Below are positions 8,691 through 17,858 of a stretch of 64,000 bases of DNA, in pieces; positions within the stretch are counted from its first letter, which is position 1; each line of letters begins with the position of its first letter. The position numbers and the translations under genes were made by a program. The DNA is from Thermoproteota archaeon (GTDB lineage Archaea > Korarchaeota > Korarchaeia > Korarchaeales > JAOZGB01): the NCBI GenBank assembly GCA_037917685.1, contig JAVCBU010000003.1, positions 1,941 through 65,940 on the forward strand. Direction: 5' to 3'. The notes under the pieces were generated by a model. The model made no database searches. It was not told the DNA's origin and worked only from the letters and a program-made list of their open reading frames with translations.

Positions 8691-9556
8691 TGCTTCTCCC
8701 TTACCTCCCTCGCCTTTCCAACCAGTTTTTTCACCCTTTCCGGGTCTACAGGATTCTGAGCTAAGCCTTCGTATTTTAGGCTTGTCCCCACGATAACTCC
8801 GTCAGCCACCCTTAGAAATTCGCCGATGTTTGAGTGGTCCACACCGCTCCCTACGATCACCGGCCTGTCTGGAGCTGCACGCTTAACCGTGTACACGTCT
8901 TCGATGCTTGGTGGTACGCCAGTCATGCTTCCGGTAACTATTAGGGCGTCTGCAAGGTAGAAATCACACCATTTTGCATGTACTTCAAGGTCTACTCCTG
9001 GGAACATTACAGAGTGCTTCTTTCGTACATCGGCGAATATTCTAATCCCGTGGCATCCAAGGTACTTTCTGGCTCTGAGGAGGTCGGCTGCGACCCCTGT
9101 GTCAAAGCCTCCCACATCCCACAAGGCTCCCCCTGTGAATAGGCATACCCTTATAAAGTCGGCACCAGCTGCCATTGCAGCTGTAAGCGTTGAGACACCA
9201 CCGTTATGGATTAAGTTAACTCCCACCGGAATGCCGACCGCCTTTACAACTTCCCTTGCGGCAACAGCCACGCATACTACATCCGCTAATGGCACACGGC
9301 TTCCAGCATAGTATGGAAGGCTCCACATGTTCTCTACTATAAGGCCGTCTACACCATTATCAGCTAGTACCCCTGCCTCTTCAACAGCCTTCTCCAAAAC
9401 CATTTCGAAGCTGTAGCCCTCAAACCCTGGGCTTCCAGGCAAAGGTGGCAGGTGAACCATGGCTATTACAGGCTTTTCAACCATAAAAACCTCGCTTAGG
9501 CTCTGTAGTCTCATGGAGTAAAGCTTACTCGCCCATTCAGACCTATACTTGGGCAT
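8687..9556 (-). CDS. BtpA/SgcQ-family TIM-barrel protein
   Basis: KPVIAMVHLPPLPGSPGFEG is characteristic of BtpA-family N-termini. The start may instead be the internal Met (MRLQSL...). Confidence 0.6.
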   Translation of the reverse strand: MPKYRSEWASKLYSMRLQSLSEVFMVEKPVIAMVHLPPLPGSPGFEGYSFEMVLEKAVEEAGVLADNGVDGLIVENMWSLPYYAGSRVPLADVVCVAVAAREVVKAVGIPVGVNLIHNGGVSTLTAAMAAGADFIRVCLFTGGALWDVGGFDTGVAADLLRARKYLGCHGIRIFADVRKKHSVMFPGVDLEVHAKWCDFYLADALIVTGSMTGVPPSIEDVYTVKRAAPDRPVIVGSGVDHSNIGEFLRVADGVIVGTSLKYEGLAQNPVDPERVKKLVGKAREVREKQ

Positions 9557-9618
9557 CCCAAATCATCCAAGCCATGCCATAGAGAACCTATAAATCTGAA
9601 CATTTATGCATTTATAGT

Positions 9619-10968
9619 GTGGGCATCTTTAAGGCATACGATATCAGAGGGGTATACCCTTCAGAACTCTCAGAGACCATTGCAAAACGTATAGGCATGG
9701 CCTATGGAACCTTCATCAACTCGGGTACAGTCGTAGTTGGGAGGGATGGTAGGGCTAGTAGCCCCAGCCTCCAAAAGGCGATTATAGAGGGTCTTATCGA
9801 AACTGGTTGCCAAGTATTAGATATTGGGCTTATCGCAACACCTGTGTTGTACTATGCGATTAAGAGGCTTAAGGCAGACGGAGGTGTGATGGTTACTGCA
9901 AGCCATAACCCTCCGGAGTGGAATGGGATAAAACTTTGTGATTCAAACTCGGATCTTATAGGGATGGGCTTCGGCCTGGAAAAGGTAGTAGAGATCTATA
10001 ACAAAGGCTCCTACACCAGAAGGCGTGGAAGTATTGAGGATTGTTCGTGGGTTCAAGAGGAATACGTAAGCAACCTTGTCAGAATGTTCAGTCTAGACCT
10101 GAAGGTGGTTATAGATGTCGGTGGAGGCTCAGCTTCATACGTGGCTTCAAGGGTTTACGAAGAGGCGGGGTGCGAGGTTAAACTTATAAACGAGGCTGTA
10201 GATCCATACTTTAGAACAAGATCTCCTGATCCGGACCCGTATGATCTCATGACGTTGAAACTGGCTGTTAAAAACTTCAACGCTGACCTCGGAGTTGCCT
10301 ATGATGGGGACGGAGACAGAGCTGTCTTTGTAGACGAAAATGGTCAGGGATATCTTGGAGACATACCTCTAGCCGTTTATGCATATAGCATCCTGAGGGA
10401 AACGGTTGGTGGAAAAGTGCTTTACGATGTTAGCTGCTCCAAAACAGTTGAAGACACAGTTAGGATGCTGGGAGGAATTCCAGTCATGGTGAGAGTGGGA
10501 CATTCATACATGATGAGGGAGATGGAGAAGCAAAAGGCAGTCCTAGGAGGTGAGATAGCATCCCACTTCTACTTTGGCGACAGCAAGGTTTTCAGCGATG
10601 CTACATACTCAGCTCTAAGGATGCTTACCATAATATCCAAGATAGACAGGCTCTCAAGGATAATAGCGAAGCTGCCAAAGTACTACTCAACACCGCTGAG
10701 ATCGATAATCGTAACCCAAGAGCTTAAGGAACCCATTATGAGGGAAGTAGAAAAGAAGATATCACGGCTGGAAGGAGAAGTAGTGAAGATTGATGGTGTG
10801 AAAGTCCTATTCGAAGATGGATGGATACTTGTAAGGCCTTCGAACACTAAGCCGGAGATAAAATACCGCGTTGAAGCTGTTTCGGAGAAGAAAACGCTAG
10901 AACTCGAAAAGTTAGTGCAAGGGGTCATCCAGGCTGCAGTCTCAAAATATGCCAAGAGAAGGGTCTAA
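9619..10968 (+). CDS. Phosphohexomutase superfamily enzyme (phosphomannomutase/phosphoglucomutase or phosphopentomutase)
   Basis: GTG start. N-terminus FKAYDIRG. Active-site loop TASHNPPEWNGIKL. Metal loop AYDGDGDR. Confidence 0.85.
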   Translation: MGIFKAYDIRGVYPSELSETIAKRIGMAYGTFINSGTVVVGRDGRASSPSLQKAIIEGLIETGCQVLDIGLIATPVLYYAIKRLKADGGVMVTASHNPPEWNGIKLCDSNSDLIGMGFGLEKVVEIYNKGSYTRRRGSIEDCSWVQEEYVSNLVRMFSLDLKVVIDVGGGSASYVASRVYEEAGCEVKLINEAVDPYFRTRSPDPDPYDLMTLKLAVKNFNADLGVAYDGDGDRAVFVDENGQGYLGDIPLAVYAYSILRETVGGKVLYDVSCSKTVEDTVRMLGGIPVMVRVGHSYMMREMEKQKAVLGGEIASHFYFGDSKVFSDATYSALRMLTIISKIDRLSRIIAKLPKYYSTPLRSIIVTQELKEPIMREVEKKISRLEGEVVKIDGVKVLFEDGWILVRPSNTKPEIKYRVEAVSEKKTLELEKLVQGVIQAAVSKYAKRRV

Positions 10969-11023
10969 TCTAAATTTTGAGAAGGCAGGTTCTTACATAT
11001 TATAGACATCAAGTTCGACATGT

Positions 11024-11200
11024 ATGTATGAGGATGGTAGATACTGGGTGGTGATAAACCCGGTGGTCAATATTCCTGGAGACGCGTACTATGGATATAG
11101 TCCTCCGCCAGGTGTTGCGTCGGTCACATTACATAGAATTGTAACTGTTACAGGGTTAGCGTACAACTTTGACTTCATACTTTGGAGTATGACAGACTGA
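11024..11200 (+). pseudogene. Remnant resembling the C-terminal end of the third gene (15236-16570) of the pilin-like operon
   Basis: Its translation ends ...GRYWVVINPVVNIPGDAYYGYSPPPGVASVTLHRIVTVTGLAYNFDFILWSMTD. The intact gene ends ...DWHVYVVPWGIPYLGREWSYGGRPTLFTVAVYYRAVRIGECTYRIKIEFWRTGG. Position and context match the intact locus. Confidence 0.45.
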
Positions 11201-11250
11201 ACTCGGAGGTTTTGCCGTTGGGAGGCCCTATATCTGCTTTGCATCGGGAT

Positions 11251-11442
11251 ATGGGTCAGGTTAGAGCTATAGAGGCTGTAGTTTCCCTCATTATAATCTT
11301 TTCAGCACTCGCTATTATCTCGCTCTACCTATTAACACCTGTCTCTATTGTGACGTTTGAAACAGCAGATCTTGAAAGGCTGGGCTTAACTACTTTACAC
11401 CCGAAGCTTGGGACTATTATAGTCCCTGTGGCAAGCATGTAG
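11251..11442 (+). pseudogene. Remnant of the 5' end of a paralog of the fourth pilin-like operon gene (16574-17857)
   Basis: The remnant reads MGQVRAIEAVVSLIIIFSALAIISLYLLTP...LERLGLTTLH. The intact gene reads MRRHGVVRVTEVLLTITLAISMILLMAYVSPLP...LKNLGMSALRIL. Similarity is lost after about 50 codons. Confidence 0.55.
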
Positions 11443-12000
11443 CGTGCTAAATGCCACAGCTATGACAGCCTGTTGCATAGCATCCCGCCTCTGCATCTGT
11501 GTCCCCAGGGGGAATATCCCCATCTCTTCCATGTATTTTCGTCGAGCATTCACTTTTCCACGTAGAGATTCAAGTGCAAGTCTGACTATACCCTCCTCTG
11601 ATCCTGAGGAGCTTTCGAATTCTACATTGGATGTTGAAGTATAGGCTAACGCTAAGCAGTATATAGCCATACTTCACTTTAATGTCTAGTCCAGTTTTTT
11701 AAACGCTTGAGATAATATGTTCCCAGTGCTGATAGTACTGAAGACCCCATAGAGGTTACTAGGGCTCCATATATTCGAAAGACCTTTGCTTAAGCCTTTA
11801 TGACTCAGATATCGTTGATCTATCGTCGGGCTTTACATCCATGGTCCTATCTAGATCCTGTCCCATATTCTATGGTGGTAGGCAGTTTAAATAAAACTAA
11901 GCTCGGGGAATCATTATTTTCAATGGGTAAGGATGGTTGAGCGCGCACATTGAGCTCCCTATAGACGATTGAGCGATACATTCGGATCATTTTTGACGTG
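11440..12000 (-). pseudogene. Degenerate 3' portion of a paralog of the PNP-like gene at 19937-20878
   Basis: DNA-level similarity: 11600-11700 aligns with 20075-20180 (ggatgttgaag...ggctaacg...agccatact.cacttt), and 11740-11790 aligns with 20235-20290 (ccatagaggtt...ccatatattcgaaagacct.tgcttaagcct). Translation contains TSNVEFESSSGSEEGIVRLALESL, compared with TSEVEFKVSPSSEENMVRLALESL in the intact gene. Frames are broken upstream. Confidence 0.75.
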
Positions 12001-12061
12001 GATCATAGAGAGGGGTTCAATAATTTTAAGTTGAAAGTTAGTGTTTCTATCTGGGAGATTA

Positions 12062-13156
12062 ATGGGGAAGATAACACTTTCTGTTATAAAAGCGGATATA
12101 GGTAGTCTAGCGGGGCATCACATCGTTCCTGAGGCGCTTATCAAGAAAGCAGGAGAAGAGCTTGAGTCAGCCAAGCAGCAAGGCCTCATAAAAGACTACT
12201 ATGTAACATCTGTCGGAGACGACCTTCAGCTGATCATCACCCACGGAAGGGGGGAACTGGACAGCGAGATCCATAGGCTTGCATGGGAAACCTTCAGAGA
12301 GGCTACCGAACTGGCGAGGAAACTCAAGCTTTACGGCGCCGGGCAGGACCTTCTTGTAGACTCGTTCTCCGGGAACCTGAAGGGGATGGGGCCTGGCTTC
12401 GCAGAGTTGGAGTTCGAGGAGAGGCCTTCAGAGCCTGTTGTAGTTTTCATGGCTGACAAGACAAGCCCCGGAGCTTTTAACCTGCCAATATACAGGATCT
12501 TCGCAGACCCATTTAACACGGCAGGGCTTGTCATCGACCCGAAGATGCATACAGGCTTCCAGTTCGAAGTAATGGATGTGAAAGAGGATAAGTCAGTGAT
12601 AATGTCAGCTCCCGAGGAACTATATGACCTGCTAGCCCTGATAGGTGATATTAGTAGATACGTTATAAGAAGGGTATGGAGGAAAGACGGACTTATAGCT
12701 GCAGCCGTAAGCACCACCAAGCTTAGCAAAATAGCGGGGAAGTATGTAGGTAAGGATGACCCCGTAGCCATAGTAAGAGCTCAACACGGCCTACCCGCCC
12801 TTGGAGAAATACTTGAAGCATTCTCGCACCCCCACCTAGTCCCGGGCTGGATGAGAGGCAGCCACTACGGCCCGCTAATGCCTGTTTCAATAAGGGATGC
12901 AAAGCCTACCAGGTTCGATGGGCTGCCAAGGATCTCTGCACTCGGCTTCAACATAGCAGACGGAAGACTTATAGGCCCAAGCGACCTTTTCGACGATGTG
13001 GCATTCGACTTGGCTAGGAATACAGCCAGCCTGATAGCAGACTACCTCAGAAGACACGGCCCATTCATGCCGCATAGGATCGAATCCCAGGAAATGGAGT
13101 ATACCACGTTGCCTCAGATACTTGAGAAGCTTAAGGAGAGGTTCAAAGGTGAATAA
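12062..13156 (+). CDS. fbp: Fructose-1,6-bisphosphate aldolase/phosphatase (class V FBPase)
   Basis: N-terminus MGKITLSVIKADIGSLAGHH is typical of the archaeal bifunctional FBP aldolase/phosphatase. About 365 aa. GGGAG SD before ATG 12062 (the track ORF starts at 12041). Confidence 0.9.
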   Translation: MGKITLSVIKADIGSLAGHHIVPEALIKKAGEELESAKQQGLIKDYYVTSVGDDLQLIITHGRGELDSEIHRLAWETFREATELARKLKLYGAGQDLLVDSFSGNLKGMGPGFAELEFEERPSEPVVVFMADKTSPGAFNLPIYRIFADPFNTAGLVIDPKMHTGFQFEVMDVKEDKSVIMSAPEELYDLLALIGDISRYVIRRVWRKDGLIAAAVSTTKLSKIAGKYVGKDDPVAIVRAQHGLPALGEILEAFSHPHLVPGWMRGSHYGPLMPVSIRDAKPTRFDGLPRISALGFNIADGRLIGPSDLFDDVAFDLARNTASLIADYLRRHGPFMPHRIESQEMEYTTLPQILEKLKERFKGE

Positions 13157-13825
13157 TTGTATCCCAAGATAATAGTAAATCTTAAAGCGTACAAGGAAGC
13201 CTCGGGAAGGAGGGCGTTAGAAATAGCCAAGGCTGCGGAGAAGGTCTATAGGGAGACGGGGGTCCTGGTTGCGGTGGCTCCCAACATGCTTGACGCAGCC
13301 CTTATAGCCGGAGAAGTTGAAATTCCTGTCTATGTGCAACATTTAGACCCTTATGGGTACGGGGCTCACACTGGTAGCATAGTGGTAGACATGCTCCCCG
13401 ACTACGGGATAAGTGGTAGCATTATAAACCACAGTGAGAGGAAGGTTCCACTTTACCATCTAAGCGCAGTCTTAGAGAGGCTCAGGGATCTAGGGCTTAC
13501 TTCTGTGGCGTGTGCGCAGACACCAGCGGAGGCCCTTGCCGTAGCTTCACTTAAACCCTCCATAGTTGCAGTAGAGCCACCGGAGCTTATAGGTACAGGT
13601 ATATCTGTTTCTAAAGCTAAACCTGAAATAATTGTATCATCGGTGCAGCCTATAGGAGATCACTTCCCCTCAGTTCTCGTCTACTGCGGCGCAGGTATAA
13701 CAACGGCTGAGGATGTCCAGAAAGCCATTGAACTTGGGGCGGATGGAGTTCTTCTAGCGTCGGCTGTTGCTAAGAGTTCAAACCCCTTTGCGAAGCTTAA
13801 GGAGCTTTCCTCATCCTTTATTTAA
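13157..13825 (+). CDS. tpiA: Triosephosphate isomerase (short archaeal type)
   Basis: TTG start directly after the fbp stop. Motifs IVNLKAY, IINHSERK and EPPELIGTG. 222 aa. Confidence 0.8.
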   Translation: MYPKIIVNLKAYKEASGRRALEIAKAAEKVYRETGVLVAVAPNMLDAALIAGEVEIPVYVQHLDPYGYGAHTGSIVVDMLPDYGISGSIINHSERKVPLYHLSAVLERLRDLGLTSVACAQTPAEALAVASLKPSIVAVEPPELIGTGISVSKAKPEIIVSSVQPIGDHFPSVLVYCGAGITTAEDVQKAIELGADGVLLASAVAKSSNPFAKLKELSSSFI

Positions 13826-13956
13826 ACCCCACTATTTCTTATGTTATATACTTGAAAATCTTAATTAAATTTTTCAATCTTTTTGCATTTATGTGATATC
13901 CATTTAGCAGGAATTTTTATAAACTTATAGAAGTTTAGAAGTAGTAGGGGGACCCG

Positions 13957-14745
13957 GTGGCCGGTAAAATTGGGCTTTCAGCGGTGTTATCTACGATAAT
14001 AGTATTTACTATAATCCTGGGGGCTGTAATAACTGTTTCTCTCTACTCAAATATGGTGTTGTTCAGCCAGCAGGGAGAAGGCGAGTTTAAAGCCGCTGAA
14101 TCAACAATGGTGGCCTTCGCCATGAACGTGGAAGATGCGGCATGGAATGTAGGTGCAACCCGGAGCATAGATTTCAACCCTAAATTCGGATATCTCCAAG
14201 TGGTAGAAGACGCATATGAGTACGTAATCACCATTAACGGCAACAACTTCCTACGGGTGGAAACAGACATACCTATGTTTAGGATGCCAATACGCAGGTA
14301 TACCAGGGGTAACCATTACCATTCAACATTATACCCCCTTATGAACAAGAGCTTCATAACGCTAGGAGCCGCAGACCCCACCGTTAGAGTAATAAGCGTT
14401 GAAGAACTCGACTACACCGACACCCTCGACGTTGCCCTGCTACCTAGAGTTAAAATATTAAGGTCTCAGTACGTGACCCCTGAGGGTGTAAAGGAGTCGA
14501 CAAGGGTCATGATAATATCCTTCTACTATGACAGGTCATTTTTACGTGCAAGCTCCAGGTACCTGATTGCGAACTGCACGATTACAAATACATCTATCAT
14601 TTCCGGGGACAATATGCAGATTGTCATAAGCGTTCACCCCCTCAACCTCCCTACAGAATATTTAGACTTTGACCCTATGAGTTACTCGTTCCGCACAGAT
14701 ATTCTTGTTGTGCACGTTGCATATGTTAAAATTGTGGTGTGGTAG
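13957..14745 (+). CDS. Pilin-like extracellular protein, operon gene 1 of 5 (class III signal-peptide-type N-terminus)
   Basis: GTG start preceded by GGGGG. MAGKIG/LSAVLSTIIVFTIILGAVITV has a K at -3 and G at -1, followed by a ~20-aa hydrophobic helix. Sequons NKS, NCT and NTS. I recognise no other domain. Confidence 0.55.
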   Translation: MAGKIGLSAVLSTIIVFTIILGAVITVSLYSNMVLFSQQGEGEFKAAESTMVAFAMNVEDAAWNVGATRSIDFNPKFGYLQVVEDAYEYVITINGNNFLRVETDIPMFRMPIRRYTRGNHYHSTLYPLMNKSFITLGAADPTVRVISVEELDYTDTLDVALLPRVKILRSQYVTPEGVKESTRVMIISFYYDRSFLRASSRYLIANCTITNTSIISGDNMQIVISVHPLNLPTEYLDFDPMSYSFRTDILVVHVAYVKIVVW

Positions 14746-14747
14746 CC

Positions 14748-15233
14748 ATGCCATATGTCGCCGTGTCCCAAGTCATATTGACTACAACCCTGATAGGTGT
14801 GTCCCTCTTCTTCGTGTATATGGCTTTCGCCACCTCAACTTTCCACCAGAATATAATAATCCGGGAGAGAATCAAAGATATAGCTTTTTTGATAGCGAAT
14901 GAGGTTTACCAGACAATTGTTATTGCCCAGAGCCCTGATCTTAAGAATGATACGGTGATGATCAAGGTTTTACTGTCCCCGCCGAAAACGGTTGGCAGAT
15001 ACACATATATGATAAACCTTGAACAGGTAAGCCAGCCTACGAGGGCTATAAGGGTGAGTGTAGAGTGTATAGGTGCTTCTCTAAGAGGAGAAAGCATGTT
15101 TCCCATAGGCAGGCACGTCGTCCTGTTGAGCGGGGGGCCTGTGCAAAGCACCCAGAACATAAGGCTCATCTGTCACCGGGTCACCCTGCCAAACAATACA
15201 AGGATAATCTATGTAAGTATAGAGGGTGAATAG
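14748..15233 (+). CDS. Small extracellular/membrane protein with an N-terminal hydrophobic helix, operon gene 2 of 5
   Basis: MPYVAVSQVILTTTLIGVSLFFVYMAF. An alternative GTG start at 14739 overlaps the gene 1 stop. The N-terminus is less canonical because it lacks a basic n-region. Confidence 0.45.
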   Translation: MPYVAVSQVILTTTLIGVSLFFVYMAFATSTFHQNIIIRERIKDIAFLIANEVYQTIVIAQSPDLKNDTVMIKVLLSPPKTVGRYTYMINLEQVSQPTRAIRVSVECIGASLRGESMFPIGRHVVLLSGGPVQSTQNIRLICHRVTLPNNTRIIYVSIEGE

Positions 15234-15235
15234 GG

Positions 15236-16570
15236 ATGCCTTCATCAGCGATAGACTACGTAATGTCAACCTTGGGCTTCATATCTATATTCGTGCTTCT
15301 CTCAGGCGCTGCCTTAACATTGATGCTTAGATCCATAAACTATGCTGAGAGCATGGTTTTCTTCGAGAGAACCAACCTTGTAGTAGACCAGTTTATTCTC
15401 TCCTACGGGGAGCCTTTAGACTGGTATAAACCATCCTCTACCCCGAATATCCCATGGCCTCCAGGCCACTGGGTGCTACCCACGTCGAACCCGTCTCCTC
15501 CCCCGCTTTTATACGTTGGGTATGAGTACCCCGAGGCATTTGGCCTCGGTAGATTTAACAAGACATCCTATATCCTAAACCCGTTTAAGGTTTGCAGGCT
15601 TCAAAAACCGAAAAACGTAACTCTGTATGGTCAAACTGTTCAAGCCTTTGAGGTTGACCCCTCTCATCCTTCCAATCCCCAGAACGAGTTTTATATTATT
15701 GTTGGTGAAAACTACCATGTTCCATACTCATATGTAATCTCCAACCTTGGGCTTGAAAGCGAGTATGGCTTCAGGTTAACCTTTACCCCAATATTAAATG
15801 CGTCCCTCTTACAGACAAGGATAAGTGGCAACTTCATAAACTTTACAATATATGTTTCGTCAATGGGTGAGCCTGTCTACCATGCTAAGATAAGAGGCCT
15901 GCTTCTATACGCAAACAAGCAGCCGGGGGATCAATACCCCACCCCCACTTCAGGGTATGCCAGGGCTTACACTTCTATCGAGGGGATTGGGCAGCTTTCA
16001 TTTAATGTAGACGTTGGACTCTACCCCTGGGTTTTATTCATATCCGTCTCAATGTTCGACACCACCAACTATTTTGTTTACACAGCAGATGACCCCCAAC
16101 TATCCCTGATCTACGTCTCTCCCCTTGGGGAATGTATAATCGTGTATCCATATCCACTAAGGGTTGAGTCGTACACGTTACTCAACGTTACAGCTTGGCA
16201 GCTTATTCTTTCAAAGGAGTCTCCAATGGGGTTCATCCCTGTAAACCTGACCGAAACACCGATAAAATTTATAGAAGTTGTACCACCAGGCGATAGAATA
16301 CTCAGCAAGTACGCAAGAATAAATCTTTCAGAGCCATGGGAGCAATCCTTTATTCTACTCGGCGTACTTACTGAGACTACCCTGCCAGATGACACTAAAA
16401 TCTACGACTGGCATGTTTACGTGGTTCCATGGGGAATCCCTTATCTTGGAAGGGAATGGTCCTACGGTGGGCGTCCCACACTTTTCACTGTCGCTGTCTA
16501 CTACAGAGCCGTAAGGATCGGTGAATGCACATATAGGATTAAAATAGAATTTTGGAGGACTGGTGGTTGA
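15236..16570 (+). CDS. Pilin-like/anchored extracellular glycoprotein, operon gene 3 of 5
   Basis: GAGGGTGA SD. The start is 2 nt after the gene 2 stop. N-terminus MPSSAIDYVMSTLGFISIFVLLSGAALTLML. Sequons NKT, NVT, NAS, NFT, NLT and NLS. Confidence 0.5.
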   Translation: MPSSAIDYVMSTLGFISIFVLLSGAALTLMLRSINYAESMVFFERTNLVVDQFILSYGEPLDWYKPSSTPNIPWPPGHWVLPTSNPSPPPLLYVGYEYPEAFGLGRFNKTSYILNPFKVCRLQKPKNVTLYGQTVQAFEVDPSHPSNPQNEFYIIVGENYHVPYSYVISNLGLESEYGFRLTFTPILNASLLQTRISGNFINFTIYVSSMGEPVYHAKIRGLLLYANKQPGDQYPTPTSGYARAYTSIEGIGQLSFNVDVGLYPWVLFISVSMFDTTNYFVYTADDPQLSLIYVSPLGECIIVYPYPLRVESYTLLNVTAWQLILSKESPMGFIPVNLTETPIKFIEVVPPGDRILSKYARINLSEPWEQSFILLGVLTETTLPDDTKIYDWHVYVVPWGIPYLGREWSYGGRPTLFTVAVYYRAVRIGECTYRIKIEFWRTGG

Positions 16571-16573
16571 AAA

Positions 16574-17857
16574 ATGCGGAGACACGGGGTTGTACGTGTA
16601 ACGGAAGTTCTCCTTACAATCACCCTTGCAATTTCCATGATCCTCTTAATGGCTTATGTCTCCCCCCTTCCAGAGTCGAGACTGTACTCATCACCCCCCT
16701 TAAAGAATCTTGGAATGAGCGCTCTCAGAATACTTGATGAAAGGGGATACCTCAGCTACTTCGTGTACGAGGAGAGATGGGACCTGCTTGAGAAAGAGCT
16801 AAACCTGTTAATACCGCCCAACATAGCATACAACCTTACAGTCTACATGTACAGTGAGAAAGCTTTCGAATCCACCCCGCAGGGCGTCACAAAGGCTGAA
16901 AACCTGATCTTAACAGTTAAGGGCTCAGCATCCAACTATGAGAAGCCACCCCGGAGATGGGCCGAAACAGTAACCTACTATCTTTCACCGAAGAATATAT
17001 CGTTCAAAGTTCTACCAGAACCTATAAACATGACCTGCTACATAATAGCATGCCAAGATGCTCCCGGATGGTGGATAACAGGATATACACCGGCTACGAT
17101 GGCCCAATCCCTCTACCAATATTTAGAACCATACTTCAAGGAAGTAGTAATTATAACGTCAACAGATATGCTCTACGAGGAACTATTCAACCCTAGACCT
17201 AAAAACGTCACCATTGTGAACTGCCACGGAGAAGTTATTCCAATTCCAAGACAATATGTTTCAGGCGCCCCACCTAATGGAAATCCACAGTGGATTAAAT
17301 ATTTAAGGCATATCCGTGAGGGGATAATCCAGGACGGCTGGATATGGGTAAGTATAGTTGGTTACCCATTCTACTATGTTTCTAACCGTGCGTATACCTC
17401 GTGGAAAGCTTGGGGTGTAACTGGACTTTACTGTATAGCTTGTAAAGGATTGTCCACAATAATCAGGGATAACCCTAACGATGGGACTTGGAGATGTAAA
17501 GACATAGGACTTGTCTATCTTACCGAAGAAGGATTCGAAGTCATGAACACCTATGGGATCCAGATTCCTCCGTACCAGAGTAGCTCAAGAGCACTAAGCA
17601 GGTCATGGGTTGAAGCTGGAGGGTGGAAAGTCGATATTCAAATATTCTACGAAGAACAGGGATACCTACCAGTTTCAGTGTTAATAAATGGTAAAGGAGC
17701 CTTCATACAAGTCGGACTCACTAGAACTCCCGACATAAGGGTTTCGGTTATCGCATTACTCTCATATCTCCGGCCTTCACTAAACGAATTGCTGGAGAAA
17801 GCAATCGTAGGATTGAGAGTGCTAGTGCTTAAGATGGCCTATATAGGAGGTGGGTAA
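16574..17857 (+). CDS. Pilin-like extracellular protein, operon gene 4 of 5
   Basis: MRRHG/VVRVTEVLLTITLAISMILLMAYV has a basic n-region, a Gly, then a hydrophobic helix with an early Glu. The start is 3 nt after the gene 3 stop. Sequons NLT, NIS, NMT and NVT. Confidence 0.55.
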   Translation: MRRHGVVRVTEVLLTITLAISMILLMAYVSPLPESRLYSSPPLKNLGMSALRILDERGYLSYFVYEERWDLLEKELNLLIPPNIAYNLTVYMYSEKAFESTPQGVTKAENLILTVKGSASNYEKPPRRWAETVTYYLSPKNISFKVLPEPINMTCYIIACQDAPGWWITGYTPATMAQSLYQYLEPYFKEVVIITSTDMLYEELFNPRPKNVTIVNCHGEVIPIPRQYVSGAPPNGNPQWIKYLRHIREGIIQDGWIWVSIVGYPFYYVSNRAYTSWKAWGVTGLYCIACKGLSTIIRDNPNDGTWRCKDIGLVYLTEEGFEVMNTYGIQIPPYQSSSRALSRSWVEAGGWKVDIQIFYEEQGYLPVSVLINGKGAFIQVGLTRTPDIRVSVIALLSYLRPSLNELLEKAIVGLRVLVLKMAYIGGG

Positions 17858-17858
17858 A

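Noticed and set aside
8128-8796. 222-aa + strand ORF overlapping the PfkB kinase gene
   Set aside because: It lies opposite a gene with strong PfkB motifs. The product is a Ser/Pro-rich, low-information sequence.
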